Shown in pieces: positions 52,840 through 61,765 of a stretch of DNA of 64,000 nucleotides. The notes beneath the pieces were generated by a model. It saw nothing but the letters and a program-made list of their open reading frames with translations, did no database searches and was not told the DNA's origin. The DNA is taken from assembly GCA_947631395.1 (NCBI GenBank), contig CANRLF010000002.1, forward strand, positions 5,179-69,178, in the 5' to 3' direction. Each line of letters opens with the position of its first letter. The first letter of the stretch is position 1. Both the position numbers and the translations under genes were made by a program. Source of the DNA: an uncultured Oscillospiraceae bacterium (GTDB lineage Bacteria > Bacillota > Clostridia > Oscillospirales > Oscillospiraceae).

Positions 52840-53022
52840 ATGGCGGTACCGAAGGGGAAAGTTTCAAAGGCGAGGAGAGACAGAAGGCGCGGCTCCAACT
52901 GGAAGCTCAGCGTTCCCGCTCTCGTGGCTTGCCCGAAGTGCGGCGAGCTCCATCTGCCCCACAGAGCCTGCAAGGCCTGCGGCACATACAATGGCCGTGA
53001 AGTCGTTTCTGTGAACGAGTAA
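52840..53022 (+). CDS. rpmF: 50S ribosomal protein L32
   Basis: MAVPKGKVSKARRDRRR.. with zinc ribbon CPKCG..CKACG. AGGAGG RBS. Confidence 0.97.
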   Translation: MAVPKGKVSKARRDRRRGSNWKLSVPALVACPKCGELHLPHRACKACGTYNGREVVSVNE

Positions 53023-53040
53023 TAGCGAACCTTTGAAAAA

Positions 53041-53066
53041 CGGCGGGCAGATACCCGCCGCTTTTT
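53041..53066 (+). terminator. Rho-independent terminator after rpmF
   Basis: CGGCGGG (53041-53047) / CCCGCCG (53054-53060), then CTTTTT. Confidence 0.7.
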
Positions 53067-53106
53067 CATTTGACGAACAGTTCAGCGGCGAGGGGAGGCG
53101 CGATAC

Positions 53107-54414
53107 ATGTCTGGCGAGCGAAACAAAATAAGCTCCGTCGCCCCGGGGTCGCCCGGGGAAAGGGCGGGGATACTTCCGGGGGACAAGCTTCTGAGAGTTG
53201 ACGGCAACGCCATCATTGACGTGCTGGATTACATGTACTACGCCTACGACGCCGAAAGCGCCTTCACCGTAGAGCGCGACGGGAAGGAGCTGACCGTCAC
53301 GGTGGACAAGGAGCCCGGCCAAGACGCGGGACTCGATTTTCAGGAGTACCTGATGGACGGGATGCGCTCCTGCGCCAATAACTGCGTGTTCTGCTTTGTG
53401 GACCAGATGCCGCCGGGTATGCGGGAGAGCCTGTATTTCAAGGACGACGACGTGAGGCTGTCGTTCCTGACCGGGAGCTACCTCACCCTTACGAACATGG
53501 GCAGGCGGGAGGTCCAGAGGGTGATAGACCTTAAAATATCACCCATAAACGTATCCGTCCACACGATGGACCCGGAGCTGCGGTGTGAGATGCTCGGCAA
53601 CAAAAACGCCGGCCGGGGCATAGAGATACTGAAGAAATTCGCAAGGGCTGGCATAGAGCTCAACTGCCAGATAGTATGCTGTCCGGGCCTCAACGACGGC
53701 CGGGAGCTCGACAGGACGATGCGAAGGCTGGCAAGGCTCGCCCCGCAGGTCCACAGCTGTTCGGTCATCCCCGTGGGCCTTACGAAATTCCGGGAGGGGC
53801 TATACCCATTAAGGCCCTTTGACAGTGAGCTTGCCCGGAGGACGGTGGAGCAGGTGGAGGCGTTTTCGGAAAAATGCCTCAAACGCCACGGCGGGCGTAT
53901 ATTCTTCTGCTCGGACGAGCTCTACCTGAAGGCGGGACTGCCCATACCTGAGGACGATTTTTACGAGGGCTACCCACAGCTTGAAAACGGCGTCGGTATG
54001 CTGAGGCTCCTCTACACGGAATTTGAGGAGGCCCTGGACATGGCAGAAGGCCCGGCGCTGGGCACACGGGCCACCATCGCCACCGGGGTATCCGCCGCAA
54101 GGACCCTGACGGAGCTCCGGGACATGGCTCGGGAGAAATTCCCGGACATACGAGTGGAGATAGTGCCCATCGTTAACGATTTCTTCGGTCATACCATCGA
54201 TGTGGCGGGACTTATAACCGGCCGGGACCTTTTAGCTCAGCTCAGCGGCCGGGACCTGGGGGAGAGGCTGTATATAACCAACCGGATGCTCCGGGACGGA
54301 GAGGGCGTCTTCCTGGATGACGTGACGGTGGAGGATGCCTCAAGGGCCCTCGGAGTGCCGGTCACACCGATGGATAACGGCGGGGAGCCGCTTTTGAAAG
54401 TATTTATGTCCTGA
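53107..54414 (+). CDS. PDZ-domain plus radical-SAM-like protein of the DUF512 type, function unknown
   Basis: N-terminal PDZ-like segment (ISSVAPGSPGERAGILPGDKLLRVDGNAI) and the CxxxCxxC cluster CANNCVFC. The position upstream of der is, from memory, common in Clostridia. Confidence 0.75.
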   Translation: MSGERNKISSVAPGSPGERAGILPGDKLLRVDGNAIIDVLDYMYYAYDAESAFTVERDGKELTVTVDKEPGQDAGLDFQEYLMDGMRSCANNCVFCFVDQMPPGMRESLYFKDDDVRLSFLTGSYLTLTNMGRREVQRVIDLKISPINVSVHTMDPELRCEMLGNKNAGRGIEILKKFARAGIELNCQIVCCPGLNDGRELDRTMRRLARLAPQVHSCSVIPVGLTKFREGLYPLRPFDSELARRTVEQVEAFSEKCLKRHGGRIFFCSDELYLKAGLPIPEDDFYEGYPQLENGVGMLRLLYTEFEEALDMAEGPALGTRATIATGVSAARTLTELRDMAREKFPDIRVEIVPIVNDFFGHTIDVAGLITGRDLLAQLSGRDLGERLYITNRMLRDGEGVFLDDVTVEDASRALGVPVTPMDNGGEPLLKVFMS

Positions 54415-54458
54415 CCCCGAGGGGGCCGCGCCGGCCCGGGGAGGATCTGGAGGTATAA

Positions 54459-55787
54459 ATGAGACCGTTAGTTGCCATAGTGGGCCGCCCCAACGTGGGG
54501 AAGAGCCTCTTATTCAATAGACTGGCCGGACAGCGCCTTTCCATAGTGGAGGACACACCCGGCGTGACCCGCGACAGGCTGTACGCCAAGTGCGAGTGGT
54601 CGGGGAGGACCTTTGACATCGTGGACACGGGCGGCATAGAGCCCAGCACAGACAATGAGATACTCGCATTTATGCGGGAGCAGGCGCTTATCGCCATCGA
54701 CACCGCCACCGTCGTCATCTTCGTCGGAGATATAAAAAGCGGCGTCACCGCGGCGGATCAGGAGGTGGCCGATATGCTCCAACGCTCCGGCAAGCCCGTG
54801 GTCCTGGCGGTGAACAAGATGGACTCCGTGGGGCCGGTGGACCCGGACATATACGAGTTTTATTCCCTGGGTCTGGGGGACCCCATACAGCTTTCGGCAC
54901 TCCACGGCCACGGCACCGGGGACATCCTGGACGAGTGCCTTAAATATTTCCCCCCGGCCGACGAGGAGGACGCCGACGGCGACGCCGTGAAGCTTGCGTT
55001 CATCGGTAAGCCCAATGTGGGCAAGAGCTCCATCGTCAACAGGATACTGGGGGAGGAGCGAGTCATAGTATCAGATGTGGCCGGTACAACCCGGGACGCG
55101 GTGGACACGCCATTTGAGAACAGCTTTGGCAAGTATATCCTCATCGACACCGCCGGTATGCGCAGGAAGTCCAGAGTTGACGACCGGGTGGAGAAGTTCT
55201 CGGTCATGCGGGCACAGCTCGCAATCGAGCGGTGCGACGTGTGCCTAATAATGCTCGACGCCCGCGACGGCGTGACTGAGCAGGACACAAAGGTGGCGGG
55301 AATGGCCCATGAGGCCGGCAGGGCCAGCATCATACTGGTCAACAAGTGGGACCTGGTGGATAAGGACGGCAAGACCATGGACAAGCTGAAGGCCGACATC
55401 CGCCGGGACCTGAGCTTTATGCCATACGCGCCAATACTGTTCGTCTCGGCACTGACGGGCCAGCGGGTGGACAGGATATTCTCAATGGCAAACGACGTAA
55501 ATGAGCAGGCAAACCGCCGCATAACTACGGGCCTTCTCAATAACGTCCTCGCCGACGCACAGGCCCGTGTCCAGCCGCCGTCAGATAAGGGCAGGCGGTT
55601 GAAGATATTCTACATGACGCAGGTCAGCACACGACCGCCGACCTTCGTCGTATTCTGCAACGACTCGGAGCTATTCCACTTCTCCTACCAGCGGTATCTG
55701 GAAAATCAGATAAGATCGGTGTTCGGCCTCGAGGGGACGCCCATAAGGCTGATCATCCGCGAACGTGGGGAGCGGGAGGATACTTGA
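54459..55787 (+). CDS. der: Ribosome-biogenesis GTPase Der (EngA), tandem GTPase domains plus KH-like domain
   Basis: GRPNVGKSLLFNRL and GKPNVGKSSIVNRIL P-loops, DTGG/DTAG and NKMD/NKWD motifs. Confidence 0.97.
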   Translation: MRPLVAIVGRPNVGKSLLFNRLAGQRLSIVEDTPGVTRDRLYAKCEWSGRTFDIVDTGGIEPSTDNEILAFMREQALIAIDTATVVIFVGDIKSGVTAADQEVADMLQRSGKPVVLAVNKMDSVGPVDPDIYEFYSLGLGDPIQLSALHGHGTGDILDECLKYFPPADEEDADGDAVKLAFIGKPNVGKSSIVNRILGEERVIVSDVAGTTRDAVDTPFENSFGKYILIDTAGMRRKSRVDDRVEKFSVMRAQLAIERCDVCLIMLDARDGVTEQDTKVAGMAHEAGRASIILVNKWDLVDKDGKTMDKLKADIRRDLSFMPYAPILFVSALTGQRVDRIFSMANDVNEQANRRITTGLLNNVLADAQARVQPPSDKGRRLKIFYMTQVSTRPPTFVVFCNDSELFHFSYQRYLENQIRSVFGLEGTPIRLIIRERGEREDT

Positions 55788-55882
55788 TTCGCCGACGGAC
55801 CGGCGGCGTGATATATGTACAGGAGCTTTCGGACCGCCCCATGACCGGGGCGGACGATCAGATAAGAGAGAGGTAAGCCAGT

Positions 55883-56789
55883 ATGTTATCTGTTGTGATA
55901 CCGGCCTTCAATGAGGAGGCAACGGTCGAGAGGACGGCGGAGGCCATTTCCAAAATTTTACTGGGGGGGGGTCACTTACGAGCTGGTCTTTATAGACGAC
56001 GGCTCAAGTGACGGCACCTGGGACGCTATTCTGCGGGCCCATGAAAGGGATCGGAATGTCCGCGGGGTGTCCTTCTCACGGAATTTTGGCAAGGACCGGG
56101 CGGTGTTCGCGGGGCTCGCCGAGGCCCGGGGCGGCTGTGTGGCCGTCATGGACTGCGACCTTCAGCACCCGCCGGAGAAGCTTCCGGAGATGTATGACCT
56201 GTGGCGACAGGGCTTTGAGATAGTCGAGGGCGTAAAGCGCGACAGGGGAGAGGAGTCGGCTTTCCGCAAGATGTGTGCCGGGGCGTTCAACTTCGTTATT
56301 TCGAGGCTTATGAAGCTGGACATGAAACGCTCATCGGATTTCAAGCTCATGGATCGCAAGGTCGTGGATACGCTTTTGGCCATGCCGGAGGAGGACGTTT
56401 TCTTCAGGGGCCTCACCGCATTTGTGGGATACAGGCGCGCCGAGGTGGAGTTTGACGTGGCCGAGAGGACGGGGGGAGCGTCAAAGTGGTCCTTCAGGTC
56501 CCTGGCCAGATACGCCGTGTCCTCCGTCACGGCGTTTTCAACAGCGCCTCTATATCTGTCGGCGATCCTCGGGGTGCTCTTCGGCCTTGTCGCCGTGGTC
56601 ACCGGCATCCTCTACGCCACCGTGGGTAATGACGCGAACGGGTGGCTCGTGTTCCTGGGCGTAATGGGACTTCTGGCGGCGGCCTGTGTGCTCATGTGCC
56701 TGGGCGTTATGGGCTATTATCTGGGACGGACCTTCAGGCAGAGCCTGGGACGGCCCAGATTTGTCATATCCAGGAGGTGCGGGGAGTGA
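55883..56789 (+). pseudogene. GT2 polyprenol-phosphate glycosyltransferase (GtrB/CsbB-like), interrupted by a +1 frameshift at a G9 tract
   Basis: The ATG at 55883 gives MLSVVIPAFNEEATVERTAEAISKILLGGG and then runs out of frame to a TGA at 56009-56011. The rest of the protein (VTYELVFIDDGSSDGTW..VMDCDLQHPP..; two C-terminal TMs) continues in the +1 frame to 56789. Removing one G (G8) restores ..ILLGGVTYELVFIDDGS.. in a single frame. Confidence 0.75.
55963..55971 (+). repeat. Homopolymeric G9 tract inside the GT2 coding sequence
   Basis: Counted directly: CT GGGGGGGGG TCAC. Nine consecutive G at 55963-55971. Confidence 0.9.
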
Positions 56790-58564
56790 GGGAAAAGTAC
56801 CAGGCGTTCATCGCCCGTTTTTTTGACAAGACCTTTTTGAAATTCCTTCTTGTCGGCGCGGTAAATACCATCTTCGGCACCGCCATCATGTTCGGGGCAT
56901 ACAATCTCCTGCATCTGAGCTACTGGATCTCCTCGGCCGCCAACTATTTCTTCGGCAGTATACTGAGCTACTTTCTGAACAAACACTTCACCTTCCGGAA
57001 CAGAGAGAAGGGGCCGGGGACGGTCATCCGATTCGCGCTGAATATAAGCGTCTGCTACCTCATCGCCTACGGAGCGGCCAAGCCGCTGGCGCGTCTTATT
57101 TTGTCGGGCGCCAGTCAGACGGCGCGTGACAACATCGCCATGTTCGTGGGCATGGGTCTATTCGTGGTACTCAACTACATAGGCCAACGCTTCTTCGCGT
57201 TCGCGGAAAAGGACCGGCGCTCCATTTCGGGGGAGGAGAGATATATGGCGCGTATCAAAAAGCTCAACGGCTCAAAGAGGACCGTACTTGTCCTGGCCGC
57301 CCTTGTTTGGCTCTTTATGCTGGCACTCAACCTTCTAACGCCATTTGTGGCCGACGATTTCGTGTACATGGTGGATCTGTCCACAAAAAAGCCGCTTTCC
57401 TGCGTACTGGACATATTCCCGTCTATGGCGGTCCACGCGGTCCGGATAAACGGGCGGCTTATAAGCCACGGGCTGGGACAGCTCTTCATGCTCATGCCAA
57501 AGGCTGTTTTCTGCGCCGTGAACGCCCTTGTTTACACCGGGTTTATATGGCTTCTCTACCGGGTCGCGAGTCCTGAGGGAAAACACAGCGCCATTCTCTT
57601 CGCCGGCATTGCCATGGCCTTCTGGTACTTTGTTCCGGTATTCGGTCAGGTCGCGCTGTGGACTATCGGTTCAGTCAACTACCTCTGGGCTCTGTTTTTC
57701 GGACTTTTGTATATCGCCCCGTATGTCCGACATTTCCTGACCGGCGAGGAGCCTGTCAGGAGGACATGGCTGAAGGTCGCCTTTTGCGTTCTGGCCGTGC
57801 CCATGGGAATGTACACGGAGATTACATCCTTTGTGGCGCTATTTCTGGCCGCGGCGCTACTGCTCCTGTCGCGCCTTGTCCATAAGCGGACGCTCAAAAC
57901 CTGGCTGTGGGTCCCCGTGGCCTTGGCGGCGGTGGGATATATACTACTGATGGCAATGCCGGCGGAGCTTGCGGCCAAGAAGGCCGACGGGTCTCTGGGC
58001 GGGTTTGCTCACAACCTGGGCGTTGCCCTGAGTATGCTGAAAACCCACGGCACAGTGCCGCTGTGTGTCTGCGGGGCCATTTTCGCCGTGGCGCTGTTGT
58101 CCGGGGCGGACGCTGACCGGCTGATACTGTCGGGCCTTTTCGCCTGCGGAGCTCTGGGCGGGGCCATAATGCCCGCGGTGGCAAGCTATTACCCGGAGCG
58201 GTGCTTCTGCACAACGACGGCGCTACTCATCCTGTCCGCGGCTGTGCTCGTGCCGGAGCTTACGCGCCTGGGGATGGAGCGGACAATGGCGGCGGGCTTC
58301 GCGGTGCTGGCGGTCCTATGGACCTTCTCCGCGGTATTCGGCGTAAGTGACGTGCTCCGCGTCCATGGACGGATGGAGGAGCGCACGCGGCTCGTGGAGG
58401 AGCAAAAGCGCGGCGGCGCCAGGGTGGCATCTGTGCCGATCATTGTTCCGGAGACGAAGTACAGCGCGCTTTACGGCCTTCAGGATTTGAGCGCAGATCC
58501 CGATGATTTTCCAAACTTCCACATGGCCGAGTGGTATGGCCTGGAGGGTATAAAACCGGAATAA
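56786..58564 (+). CDS. Fusion of a GtrA-family (flippase-like) 4-TM domain with a large polytopic GT-C/GtrC/YfhO-like membrane domain
   Basis: The N-terminal ~135 aa is FLKFLLVGAVNTIFGTAIMFGAYNLL..FGSILSYFLNKHFTFR..FVVLNYIGQRFFAF (GtrA-like). Then ~450 aa with about 10 TMs and an acidic DDFVY motif after the first helix. The GTG at 56786 overlaps the GT2 stop (GTGA); AGGAGG lies 8 nt upstream. Confidence 0.65.
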   Translation: MREKYQAFIARFFDKTFLKFLLVGAVNTIFGTAIMFGAYNLLHLSYWISSAANYFFGSILSYFLNKHFTFRNREKGPGTVIRFALNISVCYLIAYGAAKPLARLILSGASQTARDNIAMFVGMGLFVVLNYIGQRFFAFAEKDRRSISGEERYMARIKKLNGSKRTVLVLAALVWLFMLALNLLTPFVADDFVYMVDLSTKKPLSCVLDIFPSMAVHAVRINGRLISHGLGQLFMLMPKAVFCAVNALVYTGFIWLLYRVASPEGKHSAILFAGIAMAFWYFVPVFGQVALWTIGSVNYLWALFFGLLYIAPYVRHFLTGEEPVRRTWLKVAFCVLAVPMGMYTEITSFVALFLAAALLLLSRLVHKRTLKTWLWVPVALAAVGYILLMAMPAELAAKKADGSLGGFAHNLGVALSMLKTHGTVPLCVCGAIFAVALLSGADADRLILSGLFACGALGGAIMPAVASYYPERCFCTTTALLILSAAVLVPELTRLGMERTMAAGFAVLAVLWTFSAVFGVSDVLRVHGRMEERTRLVEEQKRGGARVASVPIIVPETKYSALYGLQDLSADPDDFPNFHMAEWYGLEGIKPE

Positions 58565-58568
58565 AAAA

Positions 58569-58594
58569 CATCCCCATCCGAAAGGATGGGGATG
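58569..58594. terminator. Bidirectional terminator between the glycosylation locus and rpmB
   Basis: CATCCCCATCC (58569-58579) GAAA GGATGGGGATG (58584-58594), with an A-run before the stem and a T-run after it. Confidence 0.8.
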
Positions 58595-58619
58595 CGCGGT
58601 TTTAAAGATCGCTTGCCAA

Positions 58620-58808
58620 TTATACAGCGCGGGTGACCTTGCCGCTGCGGAGGCACCGTGTACAGACATAAACGTGGCGGGGAGAGCCGTCTACCACGGC
58701 CTTGACACGCTTTACATTCGGTTTCCAGGTGCGGTTGGATCTCCTGTGGGAGTGGCTCACCTGAATACCAAATGAGACGCCCTTACCGCAAAATTCACAC
58801 TTAGCCAT
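58620..58808 (-). CDS. rpmB: 50S ribosomal protein L28
   Basis: MAKCEFCGKGVSFGIQVSHSHRRSNRTWKPNVKRVK... AAGGAGG RBS upstream of the ATG at 58808. Confidence 0.95.
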   Translation of the reverse strand: MAKCEFCGKGVSFGIQVSHSHRRSNRTWKPNVKRVKAVVDGSPRHVYVCTRCLRSGKVTRAV

Positions 58809-58833
58809 CTGCTGCACCTCCTTGCAGAAAATT

Positions 58834-58862
58834 TAAGCCTAACATAAGCCTGACATAAGCTT
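58834..58862. repeat. Tandem 11-bp repeat (2.6 copies) in the predicted rpmB 5' leader
   Basis: Plus strand TAAGCCTAACA TAAGCCTGACA TAAGCTT, lying between the predicted rpmB -10 and its RBS. Confidence 0.6.
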
Positions 58863-58866
58863 ATAT

Positions 58867-58895
58867 ATAATAGCAGAACTTATCAGAAAATGCAA
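58867..58895 (-). promoter_or_regulatory. Candidate rpmB promoter
   Basis: Minus strand TTGCAT (58895-58890), 17-nt spacer, TATTAT (58872-58867). Confidence 0.5.
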
Positions 58896-58940
58896 GAAAA
58901 ATTTTTGCGTGAGAAGAAAATATTTATATGGCGTAAACTA

Positions 58941-58969
58941 TTGCCAAAACGACAGTTTTTGTATAAAAT
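58941..58969 (+). promoter_or_regulatory. Candidate hprK promoter
   Basis: TTGCCA (58941-58946), 17-nt spacer, TAAAAT (58964-58969). Confidence 0.45.
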
Positions 58970-59015
58970 TATAGTGTACCTGTTGTAACTATTGTTTATG
59001 GGAGGGCGAATACAA

Positions 59016-59957
59016 ATGGATACTCTACACGGGATGCCACTTAAAATGCTGGTGGAGCAGGTGGGCCTTGAGGTGCTAAACGCTTCAACGGACTTTGACA
59101 AGAAGCTCATCACCACCGCGGTCATAAACCGGCCGGGGCTTCAGCTGACGGGGTTCTATACAAACTTCACCACGGAGCGGCTTCAGATACTCGGCTGGAA
59201 CGAGGACGCGTACCTCCAGCAGTTCTCGGAGGAGGAGCGCCGGGCGAAGCTCGACAAGCTGATGGCAAGCGGAGTACCGGCAATCATCATCGCCCACGAC
59301 GTGAACATACCGGAGGGGACGCTGGACTCAGCCCGTGAGCACGATATGACCATACTCAAGTCACACCGGGAGACGTCGGAGCTGATCATCGAGCTGACCA
59401 CGAAGCTGAATAACGCCCTGGCCCCGCAGATAATGCGCCACGGGGTGTTCCTGGAGGTCTACTCCGAGGGGGTGCTCATTTTAGGCGAGAGCGGCATGGG
59501 CAAGTCCGAGACGGCCATAGAGCTCATTAAGCGCGGACACCACCTTATCTCCGACGACGCGGTCATAATCAAAAAGGTCAATTCCACTACGCTCACCGGC
59601 ACGGCGCCGGACCTTATACGCAACTATATCGAGCTTCGCGGCATAGGCGTCGTTGACGTGCGCAGGATCTTCGGCAACGGGGCGGTCAAGTGGAGCGAGA
59701 AGGTGGACCTGGTCATAAAGCTGGAAAACTGGAACGCGGAGAACGCCTATGACCGGATGGGCACGGACACCGCGGAGATAGACATCCTGGGGGTGAAGGT
59801 GCCGTATATCGTGGTGCCAATCCGCCCGGGGAGGAACTTGGCGGTGATAATCGAGGTGGCGGCAATGAACAACCGCCAGAAGCGCATGGGACTAAACTCC
59901 GGCAAGGATTTTGCCGAGCAGCTTGACGACTATTTTGACAGTTTGGAGAGCAACTGA
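59016..59957 (+). CDS. hprK: HPr kinase/phosphorylase
   Basis: Walker A GESGMGKSETAIELIKRGHHLISDD and the signature IELRGIGVVDVRRIFG. GGGAGGG RBS lies 8 nt before the ATG at 59016. Confidence 0.95.
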   Translation: MDTLHGMPLKMLVEQVGLEVLNASTDFDKKLITTAVINRPGLQLTGFYTNFTTERLQILGWNEDAYLQQFSEEERRAKLDKLMASGVPAIIIAHDVNIPEGTLDSAREHDMTILKSHRETSELIIELTTKLNNALAPQIMRHGVFLEVYSEGVLILGESGMGKSETAIELIKRGHHLISDDAVIIKKVNSTTLTGTAPDLIRNYIELRGIGVVDVRRIFGNGAVKWSEKVDLVIKLENWNAENAYDRMGTDTAEIDILGVKVPYIVVPIRPGRNLAVIIEVAAMNNRQKRMGLNSGKDFAEQLDDYFDSLESN

Positions 59958-60865
59958 TGGACCGTATTGAGTCTTTTGCCAGGGATCTTAACGCCGGATT
60001 TCCCGGTACGGGCATATTTTTCGGCGAGCCGATGCGAAAGCACACCACCTTCCGCATCGGCGGCACCGTGAGCCTTTTTGCCGAGCCGAAGAGCATCGAG
60101 GCCTTCGTATGGGCCGAGAGGGAGCTCCGGGGCCGCGGCATCGAGCACATGATACTGGGCAACGGCTCCAATGTGCTCTTTTCCGATAACCCCCACAGGC
60201 TGGTGGTGCTGAGCACCGCAAGGCTCGACACCCTGAGAGTCAGCGGCGACAGCCTCATATCCGGCGCCGGTGTACTGCTTTCAAGGTTAGCCGCCGCCGC
60301 GGCCCGGGAGGGGCTGACGGGGCTGGAATTTGCCCAGGGCATACCCGGCTCGCTGGGCGGCGGGATATACATGAACGCCGGGGCCTACGGCGGGGAGCTG
60401 AGGGAGGTCACCGAGGCGGTGACATATCTCGACGTAAACGGGGTACTGCGCACGGTACCCCGGGACGAGTGCGACTTCGGCTACCGCCACAGCCGCTTTG
60501 AGGACACGGGCGAGGCAATACTCTCGGCCACACTGCGCCTGCGTCCCGGGGACCCGGAGAAGATCCGGGAGCGGATGGAGGAGCTGGCCGCGATGAGGCG
60601 GGAAAAACAGCCCATGAACATGCCCTCGGCCGGCAGTACCTTCAAGCGGCCGAAGGACGGATTCGCCGCGAAGCTGATAGACGATGCCGGACTGAAGGGC
60701 CTTACGGTGGGAGGAGCGCAGGTATCGGAAAAGCACGCGGGCTTTATCGTGAACACGGGGAACGCCACCTACGACGACGTGACGGCCCTTATGGAGCTTG
60801 TAAAGCGCGGTGTGTACGAAAGCTCCGGCATAACACTTGAGCCGGAGGTAAGGCTCATACCGTGA
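59957..60865 (+). CDS. murB: UDP-N-acetylenolpyruvoylglucosamine reductase
   Basis: FAD-binding N-terminus (EPMRKHTTFRIGG..ILGNGSNVLF) and C-terminal MurB motifs (PSAGSTFKRP, GGAQVSEKHAGFIVN). Confidence 0.95.
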   Translation: MDRIESFARDLNAGFPGTGIFFGEPMRKHTTFRIGGTVSLFAEPKSIEAFVWAERELRGRGIEHMILGNGSNVLFSDNPHRLVVLSTARLDTLRVSGDSLISGAGVLLSRLAAAAAREGLTGLEFAQGIPGSLGGGIYMNAGAYGGELREVTEAVTYLDVNGVLRTVPRDECDFGYRHSRFEDTGEAILSATLRLRPGDPEKIRERMEELAAMRREKQPMNMPSAGSTFKRPKDGFAAKLIDDAGLKGLTVGGAQVSEKHAGFIVNTGNATYDDVTALMELVKRGVYESSGITLEPEVRLIP

Positions 60866-60895
60866 CGAGGCGGGCTCAACTCAGGAGGCGATCTT

Positions 60896-61753
60896 ATGGA
60901 AATGCTTATAATCTCCGGCCTTTCCGGGGCGGGCAAGAGCCGCGTGGCCGCGGCTATGGAGGATCTGGACTTTTACTGCGTGGATAACATGCCTGTGGCG
61001 CTGATCCCTAAATTTGCCGAGCTGTGCGCCGCCACCCGCGGGCGCTATGAGAGGGTGGCGCTGGTGTCGGACATACGCTCAAGGGATAGCTTTGACGAGC
61101 TGTTCAAGGCGCTGGACGAGCTGAGCGCGGCGGGGTTTGAGTACAAGATACTCTACATCGACGCCTCCGTCGACACGATAGTCAAACGCTACAAGGAGAC
61201 GCGCCGCAGGCATCCGCTGGATGTGGAGGGCGGGGGACTTGAGAACGCCGTCCGCCGGGAGATAAAGATGCTTGAGGGCGTCAGGGGACGCGCCGACTAC
61301 GTGATCAACACCACGGGCCTCACCCTTGGCAGGCTCCAGCGGACGCTCCAGCGGCTGTTTGGCGCCGGGGACACGGAGAAGCTGAGAGTGTCGGTCATGT
61401 CCTTCGGGTATAAATACGGCATACCCATGGAAGCGGACCTTGTATTTGACGTGAGATTTCTGCCAAACCCATTCTATGTGCCGGAGCTTACGGAGAAAAA
61501 CGGCCTGGACGACGACGTGTATGACTACGTTTTCAGCTCCGACCAGGCCAGGGAGTTTTTGGGGAAGCTCGAGGAGCTTATTGACTTCCTTCTGCCGAAC
61601 TATCAGGAGGAGGGGAAGATGAACCTGACGGTGTGCATCGGCTGTACAGGCGGACACCACAGGTCAGTTGCCGTGACCGAGGCCCTGTCAAAATATCTGG
61701 AGGACCGGGGCCACGAGGTAGAGTGCATCCACAGGGACATCTCCAAATCGTAA
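60896..61753 (+). CDS. rapZ: RNase adapter / nucleotide-binding protein RapZ (YvcJ)
   Basis: MEMLIISGLSGAGKS P-loop, FDVRFLPNPFY, and CIGCTGGHHRSV near the C-terminus. Confidence 0.95.
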   Translation: MEMLIISGLSGAGKSRVAAAMEDLDFYCVDNMPVALIPKFAELCAATRGRYERVALVSDIRSRDSFDELFKALDELSAAGFEYKILYIDASVDTIVKRYKETRRRHPLDVEGGGLENAVRREIKMLEGVRGRADYVINTTGLTLGRLQRTLQRLFGAGDTEKLRVSVMSFGYKYGIPMEADLVFDVRFLPNPFYVPELTEKNGLDDDVYDYVFSSDQAREFLGKLEELIDFLLPNYQEEGKMNLTVCIGCTGGHHRSVAVTEALSKYLEDRGHEVECIHRDISKS

Positions 61754-61765
61754 CGGGGTGAGACA

